Source: Octopus vulgaris (Eukaryota). From it: DNA of 64,000 nt. Numbering within the stretch: the first letter of the stretch is position 1; each line of letters starts with the position of its first letter. Below the pieces are notes generated by a model. That model did not search any database. It saw only the letters and a list, made by a program, of their open reading frames with translations, and was not told where the DNA came from. The translations under genes and the position numbers were made by a program. Below, piece by piece: positions 39,720 through 52,842 of the stretch. The stretch lies in contig OX597822.1 of NCBI GenBank assembly GCA_951406725.2, forward strand, positions 84,754,001 to 84,818,000. The letters are read 5' to 3'.

Positions 39720-40002
39720 TAAACAAACATTATATAAAAGTATAAATAACACAAATGGACACCAACGATGAAGAAAAATTGTGGAACTGGAACTGAAATT
39801 CGGTGTAAAATTTAGTGAAGCTTTTTCTGAGGATTTTCTTAAGAAATGGAGGAAGCACGTTCTAAAGAGAAAGTCTACTTAAGGTAATCACATCTTGTCT
39901 CATAAAATCACTGTCTTAGTTAATAAATCACAGCAAAGTAACTTACACCTGGTTATCTTGTATCGTTTACGATGTGATGTATGTATATAAATATATATAC
40001 GA

Positions 40003-40055
<53 letters not shown>

Positions 40056-40260
40056 GAGTATGTAAATGTATGGATAAAATTTCGAGTGAAAACAATAACA
40101 AAATAGCTGTGTCATTGACTGTTTGTATGTGGGAAGTTATAACGGTTTGAATGTGACTTATCACCATCGCAGCCGCCACCAACACTATCACCATCACAAC
40201 CACCACCATCGTCATCAACATCATCGTCATCATCATCATCGTCGTCGTCGTCATTATCAC

Positions 40261-40331
<71 letters not shown>

Positions 40332-40489
40332 CCATCATCTTCATCATCATTGAATATGCCAAGAAGCAATAGGAACCATTCCACCAGTAACGAAGAGCAC
40401 AGAGGAGACAGGAACATCAAGCAGAGTTACCAATATCAACGCGAAGCTTTGCTATATAAAATAAAAGGAAGAATCAGAATGAAGAAAGC

Positions 40490-40640
40490 AGAGTGCGTGG
40501 TAAGAAGTTTGCTTCTCAACCACATGGCTCTGGGTTCAGGGTCACTGTGTGGCACTGTGGGCAGCTGTCTTCTACTATAGCCACGAACCAATCAAAGCCT
40601 TGTGGGTGGGTTTGGCAGACGGAAACTGAAAGAAAGCCCT

Positions 40641-40699
<59 letters not shown>

Positions 40700-41047
40700 A
40701 CAAAATGATAATAAAACATATGCATATATACATACATGTATGTACATACCTACATCTATATATATATATACCCATATATGCATGTGTATATATTTGGTTA
40801 TGAAGATTTACAAACATACTTTCTCAGTGAATCTCGATATACCTATCATTATGGGTAATACCAAATGTACCTTTCGGATTTTTCATATTGTGATGTAAAT
40901 CTTTGGTATAGCAATTGCACGCAGCTGAAGAGAGCTTTAAACCCTACTTTATGTCGATTATACAATGATGTAAGAATATGTCGTTTATAAAGCTTGAAAC
41001 ACGTGTACCGCGACATCCTTTGTGTTCTGTTTTTATTTCATTTGAGG

Positions 41048-41126
<79 letters not shown>

Positions 41127-41315
41127 ATTACCGATTATTTGAAAAATTTAATAGATAATAACTTTTTATTGATTGATTTATTGCGAAAATGAATTTCAAA
41201 GCAGTAATTAACATATAAAACCATATCATTACACCGAATATGAAATCAATTCGAACAGAAATTGAAGAGAATGAAAATTGGCAACCAAACAGAAAAGATC
41301 TTATATATATATATG

Positions 41316-41378
<63 letters not shown>

Positions 41379-41630
41379 CTGTATTTGTTCCACATCCTCG
41401 CGTTGTTGTCTTTTTGTTTTCTTGTTTGGATTAACTTTATATATATATATGTGTGTGTGTGAATGTGTGTGTGTGTGTCTACCATTGCTTGACAACCGGT
41501 GTTGGTGGGTTTACGTGCCAGTAACTTAGCCGTTCGGAAAAAATCGATGAAAGTACCAGGGTCGATTTGTTTGGTTAAGAATTCTCTAAGGCGGTGCCCC
41601 AGTATGGCCGTAGTCTAATGCAATATAAAG
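40490..41630 (+). mobile_element. SINE family A split into 5' half (40490-40645) and 3' half (41460-41630) by insertions in its internal microsatellite
   Basis: The two modules lie in the correct order and orientation, separated by about 800 bp of (TA)n tracts and an HHR-bearing fragment. Confidence 0.65.
40920..41012 (+). ncRNA. Hammerhead ribozyme motif
   Basis: Stem I CGCAG/CCGCG (one mismatch), CTGAAGA (40925-40931), stem II GAGCTTTA/TAAAGCTT, GAAA, palindrome ACACGTGT, triplet GTA. Confidence 0.75.
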
Positions 41631-42010
41631 GATCAAGCAGTATTTCAGTGGTCGCTCAACTTGTTAGAAATAGCAGCGAAACATCCGTGAAAATACATGC
41701 TATCGTTTATTTAAACAGGGAAGTGGACGGGAGGATACGGTAGTTTGAAATGCACTACGCTTGAAGAATAGATCATAGAATTGCTGTTGGTGCGTCGATC
41801 AAATGACGAATGGACAATGGTCGAAGCAGAGGTTCTGTGGATTGCACTAAGAATGTCTAAGAATGACTGTGTGCTGCCTTACATGACAGAGCAGACAAAC
41901 GACAGCATCTATAAATCCACCACCACCTCCTGCTGCTGCTGCTGTACCTCCTCCTCCTCCTCCTCATCCTCCTCCTCCTCCTCCTCCTCCTCCTCCTCCT
42001 CCTCCTCCTC

Positions 42011-42059
<49 letters not shown>

Positions 42060-42179
42060 ACAACACCGATGAAAACAATGAAAACACTATCAACATTAAC
42101 AACAGCAACAGAAAACATTGCCCAAAACCAAACAACAATGATCACGTCAATAATAACGAAAGCAGAAATAATAATAATA

Positions 42180-42265
<86 letters not shown>

Positions 42266-42478
42266 AAGAAGAAGAAGAAGAAGAAGAAGAAGAAGAAGAA
42301 GAAGAAGAAGAAGAAGAAGAAGAAGAAGACCAATAACAGTAAGAGCATTAATATCTTTGAAAACAACAACTAACAACAAACAACAGTAAAACAGTAAGTA
42401 TTGTAACAGCGACCACAACAATAACGGCATTGACAACAGCAGAAAAACAGCTACATCAGCAACAACTACAATAACAAT

Positions 42479-42511
<33 letters not shown>

Positions 42512-42634
42512 GACAACAGAAACAATAGCCACCGAAAAACATTCCATCGTTGGTGATGCGTACTGGGTACATCCGGTTCTGTGAAAGTATTTAGTTCAAC
42601 TCTATTGTAATTATTATTATAATGATGATATGGC

Positions 42635-42667
<33 letters not shown>

Positions 42668-43217
42668 GATGATAATGATGATAGTGGCCACCATGCTGAC
42701 GGTCGGTGAGTGTAGTGATGGGGATGACAACGATAATGATGATGATGATGATGGTTAATCAAGACGATGCTGACTGATGCTGTTGCTGCTGTCGATGATG
42801 ATGATGATGATGATGATGATAATGATGATGAAGAGGAGAAGTTGGAAGTGTAGAATGGAAGAAGCAGTGATGATAAATATGTTGCCAATGTAGTTTAGTG
42901 CCTCAGTTTAACCACCAACAGTGTTCTATCACCGAAACGGTTCCTTCCATGACCGTCTCATTCTTCATTCAGATAGAGTGTCTGATAGTACAAAGTTATC
43001 CAACGTACTTTATTTTATCAACTCCCTGGAGGCAAAGCTGAAATCGATGTGATTTGGACCGGGAACATATAGAACCAGAACAAAGACCAAACAATAGATC
43101 TTTTCTGACGTTTTGACGATTCGGTTAGAATCTCTTCTTCAGAAATTTCGACTATGAGATTTCATTATTTACATGGTTTACATTTGACGTATATTTGTCC
43201 TCATCTTGTTTCTTGTT

Positions 43218-43263
43218 AACACAACGTTTCGGCTGATATACCCTCCAGCCTTCATCAGGTGTC
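43218..43263 (-). ncRNA. Minimal hammerhead ribozyme (intact)
   Basis: GACAC-CTGATGA-A-GGCTG..CAGCC-GAAA-CGTT-GTGTT. Confidence 0.82.
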
Positions 43264-43310
43264 TTGGGGAAATTTCGAACCTGGGTTCTCATTCCTAAGG
43301 TATATTTCGA

Positions 43311-43396
<86 letters not shown>

Positions 43397-43505
43397 TCAC
43401 CACTTGGAATCGAACTCGGGAAACTTAACCACTATGCCATATGCCCGAAATAATAACATCGACAAATACCTTAGGAATGAGAACTCAGATTCGAAAATTC
43501 CCCAA

Positions 43506-43551
43506 GACACCTGATGAAGGCTGGAGGGTATATCAGACGAAACGTTGTGTT
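43506..43551 (+). ncRNA. Minimal hammerhead ribozyme (one stem II mismatch)
   Basis: GACAC-CTGATGA-A-GGCTG..CAGAC-GAAA-CGTT-GTGTT. Confidence 0.75.
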
Positions 43552-43929
43552 AACAACAAACAAGATGAGGACAAATATCCGTTAAATGTAAATAATGTAA
43601 ATAATGTAAATAATTCCTCATCTCTTAAATATAGAACTGTGTGAGGTTTCTGTTCGGAAAGCTGGGGCCACCTAACACACCGAATTAGCGTGTAAGACAT
43701 GCTTAACCTTAATGTGAATCTCGTGTAACAAGCTAGCACCATCGTATAACTGGTACAAACCATTGGAGTGTTTCCGCACAGCTTTATATTTGTCCCAATT
43801 CATCCACAAGTCATGAGTTGACTTTGCCAAGGTGCCCCGTTGAGACTTAGTCATTGAGAAACGAACTTCTGAACCATTCGGCCATAAATGAAGATGATGA
43901 TGATGATGATGATGATGATAATTATTATT

Positions 43930-44138
43930 TAAAATTTTTGCTACAAGGGCAGCTTAGGGGAGGTAGGGCTGAGTCGATTACATAGACCCCAGTGTTTCAC
44001 TGGTACTTAATTTATCGACCCCGAAAGGATGAAAGGCAAAGTCGACCTCGGCGGAATTTGAACTCAGAACGTAGTGATGGGCGAAATACCGCTAAGCATT
44101 TCATCCAGCGCGTTAACGATTCTGCTAGCTCGCCGCCT
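43930..44138 (-). mobile_element. SINE family B copy
   Basis: Reverse complement of the family B consensus, ending GCTCGCCGCCTTA. Confidence 0.88.
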
Positions 44139-44170
44139 TACTACAACTACTACTATTGCTGCTGCTGCTG

Positions 44171-44218
<48 letters not shown>

Positions 44219-45035
44219 GACAGTAGGGCATTATAAATTAAACAATTTTTGTATGTATGTGTGTATATTTATATATGTGCCTGATGTATGTGCATGTCTG
44301 TAGCTATGTATCCATGCATGTATATTCTAACGTATGCATGAATGTACGTTTGTATGTGTGTGTGTGTATTCATAAATGTATATATTTCTTCATACACCCC
44401 CCCCCCCACACACACACACACATACCGACACACATATCTTCGCGATGCAGAGGTAAGATGCAGACAAGGTGAAACGAACCTTGAAAGTTGTGACCGGTTT
44501 CTTTGGCAGGTCAGTCGGCAACAGTACACATAGAACTTATGTCTGACTAAATAAAGTCTTATAGAAGAAGAATTGTCTATGAGGAATGGCATATATTCAA
44601 ATAGCTTGATAAAATAGCGCAGAAATCGGTTAAATAAAGCAGTGGGCTTGAGGTGATATAATTAGAAGTTTATCATGCACACTTATTCAATTATATTCCA
44701 TGTAAATACTCACCGTCTCGTAATTTATCCTTGTAATATGCGCCATGCAATCGCCCTTGTCACAATAAAAGACACCATTATTGATAGAAAGTGGGGGAGG
44801 TGTATTGCCTTTTAGCAAGTTTTATGAATGGTGAGTGAAAGTGGCAGAGCTAAATCGTTCTAAATATGTAGCCGTCAGTTGGTGGTAAGAACTGGAAGAA
44901 GGGTTTTGGGTTGTCAGGATAAGCCGGTATTGTCTGTGTGCATATATGGTGCTTCAAATTACCCTGTGTGTTTGTCTCTCTATTTGTGGATCAATTCATG
45001 TAATTCTACATTGCTATTTATTAAGAGGTGTGTGT

Positions 45036-45094
<59 letters not shown>

Positions 45095-46395
45095 TATGCA
45101 TGTGTTTGTATTTATACACCCATGCATGTACGTATTTCTATTCCTGATCTCACATTTTTTCCTCCATATAACTCCATGCTTCTGACTGTTTTTTAAAAAA
45201 ATATTTTTGTTTATATTTTGACCCTGTATATTTCAACGTCTTGGACCCTTGAGCCAACCATTGAGCTCTTTATTATTTTTGGAAAAATCCCCTCATCATC
45301 ATCATCATCCTCATCGTCATCACTATCCCTATTGTTTACTCTTGCTATTTGTTGCTAACCTGTAAAGACGCTTTTTCTGGTTACTTCTGACATCGAAAAT
45401 TCTGGATAATTTCTGCCGTTGGTTCAATACGGAATAAAACATTGCGAACATTTTGGAGGTTCGTTTCTTACCAAAATATGAGGAAGATGGGTTATTTTTG
45501 ATTCTTTGTCTTTCTTTTCGAAGATTTGCAAACAATGGAACCAACAGCAGCAGTAGCAGCAGCAGCGGCTGCATCAGTAGTAGTAGCAACAACGAATACT
45601 CCCGCCGCATCGTCAATAGGAAAGTCATTCAACAAACAAACATTTGTAGCCAACCAAATGCAAAAAGAAAGTTTCTTTGTCACAACGGGACACATGTGAA
45701 AGGAATATTGAGATAACGAAAAACGTGATAACCATATCATACACACACGCGCTTCGTCGTCGATATCTTCTTTCTCCAGCTTCACTAGTATCAGAGAAAC
45801 ATTGAATATGGGCGAGTTAGCACAAAGAATATCAGTCTGGCAGAGTTGTTTTAAACAAAGTGAGTGTTATTCTTCCCTATCACGTGAATACGGAGAACAA
45901 AAACAAACCAACCAAAAAATCATGTATACCTGTCTTGTTAGAGACACGGTTACTTTCCTTGTGCTAAGGAGGTAACAATTACAAGATGCTCGCCTATATA
46001 TGGAAGAACGGTACCTCAGCCGATTTAAAATGTATCAGTCTGCTTGTGTAATATTCTTGAATGAGGACAAAACAAGCAAACATGCCGAGCATGTTTGATG
46101 TACATGAGCTCATGATGTACATGAGTTTCATAGTACATAGTACATAGGTGATGAAAAAAATTAGGATAAGGTGAAGAATATTGTAATGCCGTTGTCCCCT
46201 TGGCTTTTCCTTGTCTTCGGAGTACACTGGACAGGTTGTGAGTGCTCATATCGCGAAGAATAACGTAGTCAGATGGGAATAGATCTACAAGTCCTTATGA
46301 CATCATGAAAGCATTCCCGAACAATTCCCCAGTTGTGTGAATGAGAGAAAGGTAATGAGATTGGTGGTGCAAGACAAAGCTAAGTGGCTACATGT

Positions 46396-46439
<44 letters not shown>

Positions 46440-46462
46440 AAGATAGATAGATAGATAGATAA

Positions 46463-46497
<35 letters not shown>

Positions 46498-46645
46498 AAC
46501 CATTCAGATTTTGTCTTCCAGTGGGGACAGCGAAGTCAGAAAACAGCGAAGAAGAAAACAGAAACCGAAGCTCACGCACCTACTCACACACGCACGCCGG
46601 TCCGTCCACCCGCACGCATGCACCCACTCACTCACACACATACAT

Positions 46646-46682
<37 letters not shown>

Positions 46683-48064
46683 TACATACATACATACATA
46701 CAACATACATACATACATTCATATGCTTTTATGTGCATATGTATATATGTACACATACACATAAATTTATAGATATACACTAGACAATTATCAAAACGTA
46801 TTCGCGCGTAGACTGCAAATACTGGAGAAAACAAAGGCATAATCTGAACATATTTCAGGTCACGTGAGTTAAAATGTAAACATATCTGCAACACCAATTT
46901 AATAGCGATCAAGTAAAATTTATAATAAATCTAATGTATGTAATATATACAATTTCTAAGAGTGAATTAATTAGGAGCATGATAATGAAATTGTTCTGCG
47001 GTGTAGAATGAAAGAACCGAAAACAGTTATCAAAAGTATGAAGACTTCTCTCTTTAAAGTGAATAGTTGGATGTGTAATAAAATATGAAGACTAGTATTT
47101 AAACCGTTAGGCGGTGTTACGCTATAATAGAAAGATAGAGTTCGATCAAATGCACTATGTATCATAAAGGAGAACATAAATTCTAGTCATCATTAAATAA
47201 GAAAAATGGTTAATCCCGCTGATTATAACATGCCTGACAGCTGTTTCTGGGGGCTCGGAGTTACTTTATAACGTTGGCGCAGTTCACAAATACATGCAGC
47301 TGGTTGTTTTATTCATTAAAACTTTTAAAAAGCCCAAAGGGAGCCATAACACATTCAGCACTGTGTCCATTGAGCGTTGCGTTGAAAAAGATTGAAAATC
47401 ACTTTCGTAGACTACTTTAAGCAATTTTTGTTATGTACTTAAGAAAAAACTAAATTCTTAAGATGTCCACAATAAACGATTGTCGCTGGTAAAAATAAAG
47501 TTTCTAAAATAGAGAATTTCCGTTCCTTTGGTCTAATAGTAGAACGCCTGTCATGTTTACAGGAGATGTAGGTTGGAGTCCTACGGGCAGCTTTCGACTT
47601 TTTCTTTCAAGGGGTTCTTAACACACTATTTATATGCTATTACTTATAAATTTATTTGCTTCAAGATTTACCTTTCCTAAAATGAATGTAATCAACATGA
47701 TTTTGTCTGTCTACCTGTCATTCCAGGTATCTATTTATCTCTCTCTCCCCCACTCTCTGTTTCCTTCCACCAGTATTTACAATAACTCTCAGAGTGAAGG
47801 CGGGCACTAGTTTTTCCACAAATAACTGAATTTGACCTGTTCTATCAGTCATACCAAGTTCGCATTTCACCCTCGATTGTACCATTCTTGAGCATATTTC
47901 ATATCCACACACATACACACACATGTATGCGAGCCTATGTATCCACACACGCACACAAACAAATTCACACACGAGCACACATCTATATATGTATATATAT
48001 AAATATGCTTGCATTAGCTATTTATTTGAGAACATCTATTTTTAACCATAATTATAATCACTTT

Positions 48065-48112
<48 letters not shown>

Positions 48113-48198
48113 ACACACATGTATATAGATAAACATACACAATCATGAATACATGCCGCATACATATATAAATATATAAGTACACATACCCACATACG

Positions 48199-48256
<58 letters not shown>

Positions 48257-48422
48257 CATTCAAACATGCATGCATACATGCATACATATATACATATATA
48301 CGTATATGTATATATAATATAATATATATTATATATATATGTATGTATATATATATATATATATAATATGTATATATATATATGTATATATATACATATA
48401 TATACATACATATATATATATA

Positions 48423-49431
48423 CTAGCATTATGACCCGTCGTTGACGGGTCATAGTGCTAATGCATGTATATATGTGTTTATATATGTGTAATATTACAT
48501 GTACATCTATATATATACATCTACACATAAAATACAAAATACAAAGTTATATATTGATATCGCTAGTGATAACAATACTCAAAATATATAACAGACTGGA
48601 ATTGTAAGCCCATCTCTTGCAATTTCGATCAATTGTATCTTGTCCTCCCGCTTGTATAGAAGTGTGGCTACAAAACTTCTGGGGAAGAAGAACATTTTAA
48701 ATTTTTATCCGGCACGTCCTACGTCCCAGATATAAAGGTAAAAATAAAATATTTCCACTTTGCAAGTTCGAGTCGAGTACTCCCTTGCACGCTCCGTTGA
48801 CTAGAACCTTGCTTCTATTGTGGTGAATTTACCACCTCTGGTTAGATATCTTTCATAGTCGCACCAAGACACTTTTTGATGGTGCTTTCCTCCAGGTGTT
48901 CAAATCTTCTTTTTTCTCTACATTGTATACTTTATAGACAATAGTCTTTTCTTTAATTAATTTTTTTATTATCCATCTGGACTATTCCATTTCTGCACAC
49001 TAATTTTATTTTTAATTTATTCCCATTCATGTGAAACCACTTATTCAAGTTCAAGTCATTGGTGCAAATTATACCAATTGCTATTTTTACTTTTGTTATG
49101 TTACGATTATATTAAACTTTAGTTTGATTTTAATTATTACTTACTACATATAATTCAATTGTTATTATTATTTTTATTGTTAAAGTGAAAGTATCTGACA
49201 TTTGTTTTGTTTCACTTTTAACACGTAATACTGAAATAGTGGAGAAGATATGATATTGTTATGGGCTCGCTCTAGGCAAGAAGTTGAACATTTTTTTTTG
49301 CCCATGAAACTACATGACCCTAAGTAAGGCATGTGTAAAATTTGAATGAAATTAGTTGTGTAATTCTCAAGTTTTAGGGAAACACACAGACAGACAGACA
49401 GACACACATACTCAGTTTTATATATATATAT
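48423..49431 (-). mobile_element. Non-autonomous Helitron
   Basis: The minus strand ends with hairpin TAGCACTATGACCCGTC-AAC-GACGGGTCATAATG followed by CTAG|T; the 5' region has TATATAAAACTGAG..(CTGT)n, as in Lep1-like Helitrons. The canonical 5' TC is not evident. Confidence 0.7.
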
Positions 49432-50070
49432 TCATATAAATACTTATATATCCATCTATCTGCCTTTGCATTTATGCGTGTTTGTGTAGATTTACGTCTA
49501 AGTACAACTAATCGGGTGAGTGTGTAGTTCTATGTGTGTGTGATTTGGTGTGTGCGTGTGTGTATATGTGCGTAAGCAAAGAAAGGAAAAGGTTGATAGT
49601 TCCCACTGATGCTTGTCTATCTCCAACAGCAAATGGCGAAATATAGACAGTTGAGTATCTCGTTCTCCGTAAAACATAAAATAAAACAAATAATTCAATA
49701 ATATAAATTACTATGAAATAATAAAATAAATAACAGTCAACGCCTTAATACGTCACAATATAAGACTTCTGGTCGTTCAAACACAGAATCTCTCTCTTTC
49801 ACTTTTGCTCGTTTCATTTCGTTGTTGTTTTTTTTTTTTCGCAAATTTTCGTTTACTTGTGTGTTTAGCTGTGTTTTATTTATTTATTTATTTAATCAGC
49901 TTTTCACTTACGTATAGATGTGTGTTTATGTATGTGCATGTGTATGCCTGTTTAAGTATGCATGTGTTTATGCGCATATATGTATGCAAGAGTGTACGTA
50001 TATGTATACATGATGTATGCTCACACGCATATATGTATGTGCCTATGTAGTTGTGAATGTATTTATATAT

Positions 50071-50107
<37 letters not shown>

Positions 50108-50734
50108 ATAGTGTTTTCTGTCCGTCTATTCAGTGGAGACAAAAAAAGCCTTCCGAGAAGGAGTAGGAGGAGGAGGGGGTAAAGAAAAAGAAATTGTAGT
50201 TGTAGTTGTTATTGTTGTTGGTGGTTGTGGTAGTGACGAAAGCAGTGGGTGTGCTGGTGGTGATGGCGGTGCACTTTTCTGATCTTCAGTGGTATCAGAG
50301 AATGAAGATGTACTGCACTTGTATATACATACATACATACATACATACATGCATACATACATACATACATACATACATACATACATACATACATACATAC
50401 ATACATACATACATACATACATACACACACATATATATATGCTTATGTGTGTGCGTGTGTTTGTCGGAATGTATGTATTAGTATGCGAATGTACTTATGT
50501 GTACATGTGTATGTGTATATTCGTGAATGTGTGTATGTGCCTCTCTCTGAGTATTGCATGTCTTGAAAAGAAAGCAGTTGCTCAATGTTAATATATTTGT
50601 TGATATGCTTCGATTGGCCATTTTTCTGGAAAACCCATGACCAGAGGCATTCCAGAGGAAAACTTACTGTTGCTTTTAGTATTCGCATGTCAGAAATTAA
50701 AGATCAAATTTATAATTAATGTTTCCAGAATTCA

Positions 50735-50945
50735 AAGGCTGCGAGCTGGCAGAATCCTTAGCAGCCGGACAAAATGCTTAGCGTTATTTCGTCCGTCTTT
50801 ACGTTCAGAGTTCAAATCTCACCGAGGTTGTCTTTGCCTTTCATCCTTTCGGGGTCGATAAAACAAGTATAAGTTGAAAAGTGGGATCGATATAAGGGAT
50901 ATACCCCTAACATCCGAAATTACTGTCAAATTTTGAAGCTAATAT
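50735..50945 (+). mobile_element. SINE family B copy
   Basis: AAGGCTGCGAGCTGGCAGAATC...CCTTTCATCCTTTCGGGGTCGATAAAA. Confidence 0.85.
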
Positions 50946-51173
50946 TTCACTGATTCTATTATTTAAGTGAAATCATTGACGCAAACACATTTGTAAGTTT
51001 TAAAATAACGACAGAATATTTATTAATGGGAGGATAAGCGATTCATTTGAGTGGAATTTGTTATAAAATTCGTTTTGGTTGGGACCTTAAACTTTGAACA
51101 CGCCGTCAGGCGAAACCTTACCGTTCTAGTTTGAAAAGTATACATACATGAATACATGTGTTATATATATATG

Positions 51174-51232
<59 letters not shown>

Positions 51233-51234
<2 letters not shown>

Positions 51235-52725
51235 GCAGGTGTTATTCAAATCTTTATACTTCCGACATATGTTTCGAAGAAAGCATTGATATTATTCCGG
51301 AGGGAATAAAATGATGTAAAACAATGCAGTCATCTCGTCAGGTGGGAAAAAGAGAAACAAACACATCAATAAGTTATTTTAACCAAATGTAATTACCGCG
51401 TATATGATGAAGGGGAACGCTAAACTGTTAAAAGATTTAACGTCAAAGGCAATTTAGAGAAAGAGAAGGAGGAGAAAGAAAGAAATTAACAGAAAACTAA
51501 GAGTGGAGAAATATAGTGTGATAGATGAATGGGAATAAAGCTTAAAAGCATGGAAATAGATATATGTAGTGGAAATGATATGTAAGAAGACAGTTAAAGG
51601 CCGAATTTTATAGATTGGTCGAAATTACTGATAGGAACTAAAGGTATGTTTTTGCCAATGTTTGTAACGATAAACGAGTCCTTTAAACGTGTTTACAAGA
51701 GAAATCTCCGAGAACAGGATGAGGAATTGTTCTTCGTTACACAGCGGACAAAAAGATTTACCTTTATCATACGGGAAGGATCTAGAGAGAATGTTCCATT
51801 CCAAATCAAATTGCTTATTATGTTCCTTAGAGACCAAATTAATTTATTAAGCTGAGTATTGTTGCATTTATTGATACGTCTAAATGTAGAGTAATGGTTA
51901 GATATCATTTTCGAAAACTGAGGTGATGAACAACCTAAGTAAAAAGACATCAGAACCAGAAGTAATTTTACATTGATAAACAAAGTTTCTAGTCTTAGAA
52001 TTACTACTAAGGAAACGAATATGATTCGAATTTATATCAGAAATATTAATATTGTTGTTATTATTGTTCAAAGAATGGTTAGTGTTAATAGTATTAATGT
52101 TATTATTTTCATTAAATAGATTTGTATTTAACAACTTATTGTTATGCAAAGAGATGATTTGTGAAATGTTTTTGGTGTTTGAAAACCTTATTCTAATTCG
52201 GTGTGAATTGATAATGGAATGGTATCTTGAATTTTTGGGGAAACTCATATCTATAGCTTCACGAAACTGGTAAGGGAGGTTGGGTTTGATCTGCTTACCG
52301 TATGGAATTATCAACCAAACAGTTTTACTAGTACCCACCTTGTTATTAGGGCAGTCATCTTTAAAAGTCCTGGACTTATTTTTACTACGTATAAAGGAAT
52401 ATAAAGAACGGTTATCTCCCTTATTTGCAAAATTACATTTTTCGATTTAGAGTTGTTGCTCGAACTAAAATTTATATTGTTATTACCGTTATGATTTGTT
52501 TTCATGTCCTGATTAATAGAGGTAGAATTAATGTCAATAAGGTATTTTCTTTTTATTTATAGCCTGCTTTAAGTAAGGCAGAGTTATAAAATTTGGCTTT
52601 ATCGTTGAAGATATCAACATTAGCAGATAATCTAGAAAGTCTAAGTGAAATATTTCTAACTAAATTCCTTGTAATAGACTTTGAATGATTACTGAAAGAG
52701 CTAATATATTTTAAATGAAACAATC
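51233..52725 (-). mobile_element. Penelope-like element (Neptune-type) 3' part: RT thumb, linker, GIY-YIG endonuclease, 3' pLTR
   Basis: YISSFSNHSKSITRNL...RLSRLS...YNSALLKAGY; WLIIPYG...SFPKNSRYHSIIN..IRFSNTKNISQII..HN; FVYQC..YLG...NHYSTF...TQLNKLIWSL..WNILSRSFPY....CPLCNEE. Frameshifted; both ends lie in (TA)n/(TC)n. Confidence 0.9.
51259..51348 (-). ncRNA. Hammerhead motif in the 3' pLTR of the Penelope-like element
   Basis: CTGACGA, long stem II (GCATTG/CAATGC, TTATTCC/GGAATAA), GAAA, palindrome ACATATGT, triplet GTC; stem I is degenerate. Confidence 0.7.
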
Positions 52726-52745
52726 TCTCTCTCTCTCTCTCTCTC

Positions 52746-52842
<97 letters not shown>

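Larger units (their letters stand above)
43164..43640 (-). mobile_element. Second tRNA-headed HHR element: head-to-tail copy on - strand (43446-43164) plus inverted tail copy on + (43449-43640)
   Basis: Minus strand: GGGCATATGGCATAGTGG-TTAAGTTTCCC-GAGTTCGATTCC, then (AAT)n and the same tail as at 16010-16150; degenerate TSD ATGAGATTTC / GTGAGGTTTC. Confidence 0.85.

Noticed and set aside
41781-42888. 200-aa ORF with poly-S/Y/I/R, and neighbouring homopolymer ORFs
   Set aside because: Chain of trinucleotide microsatellites with no domain signature.
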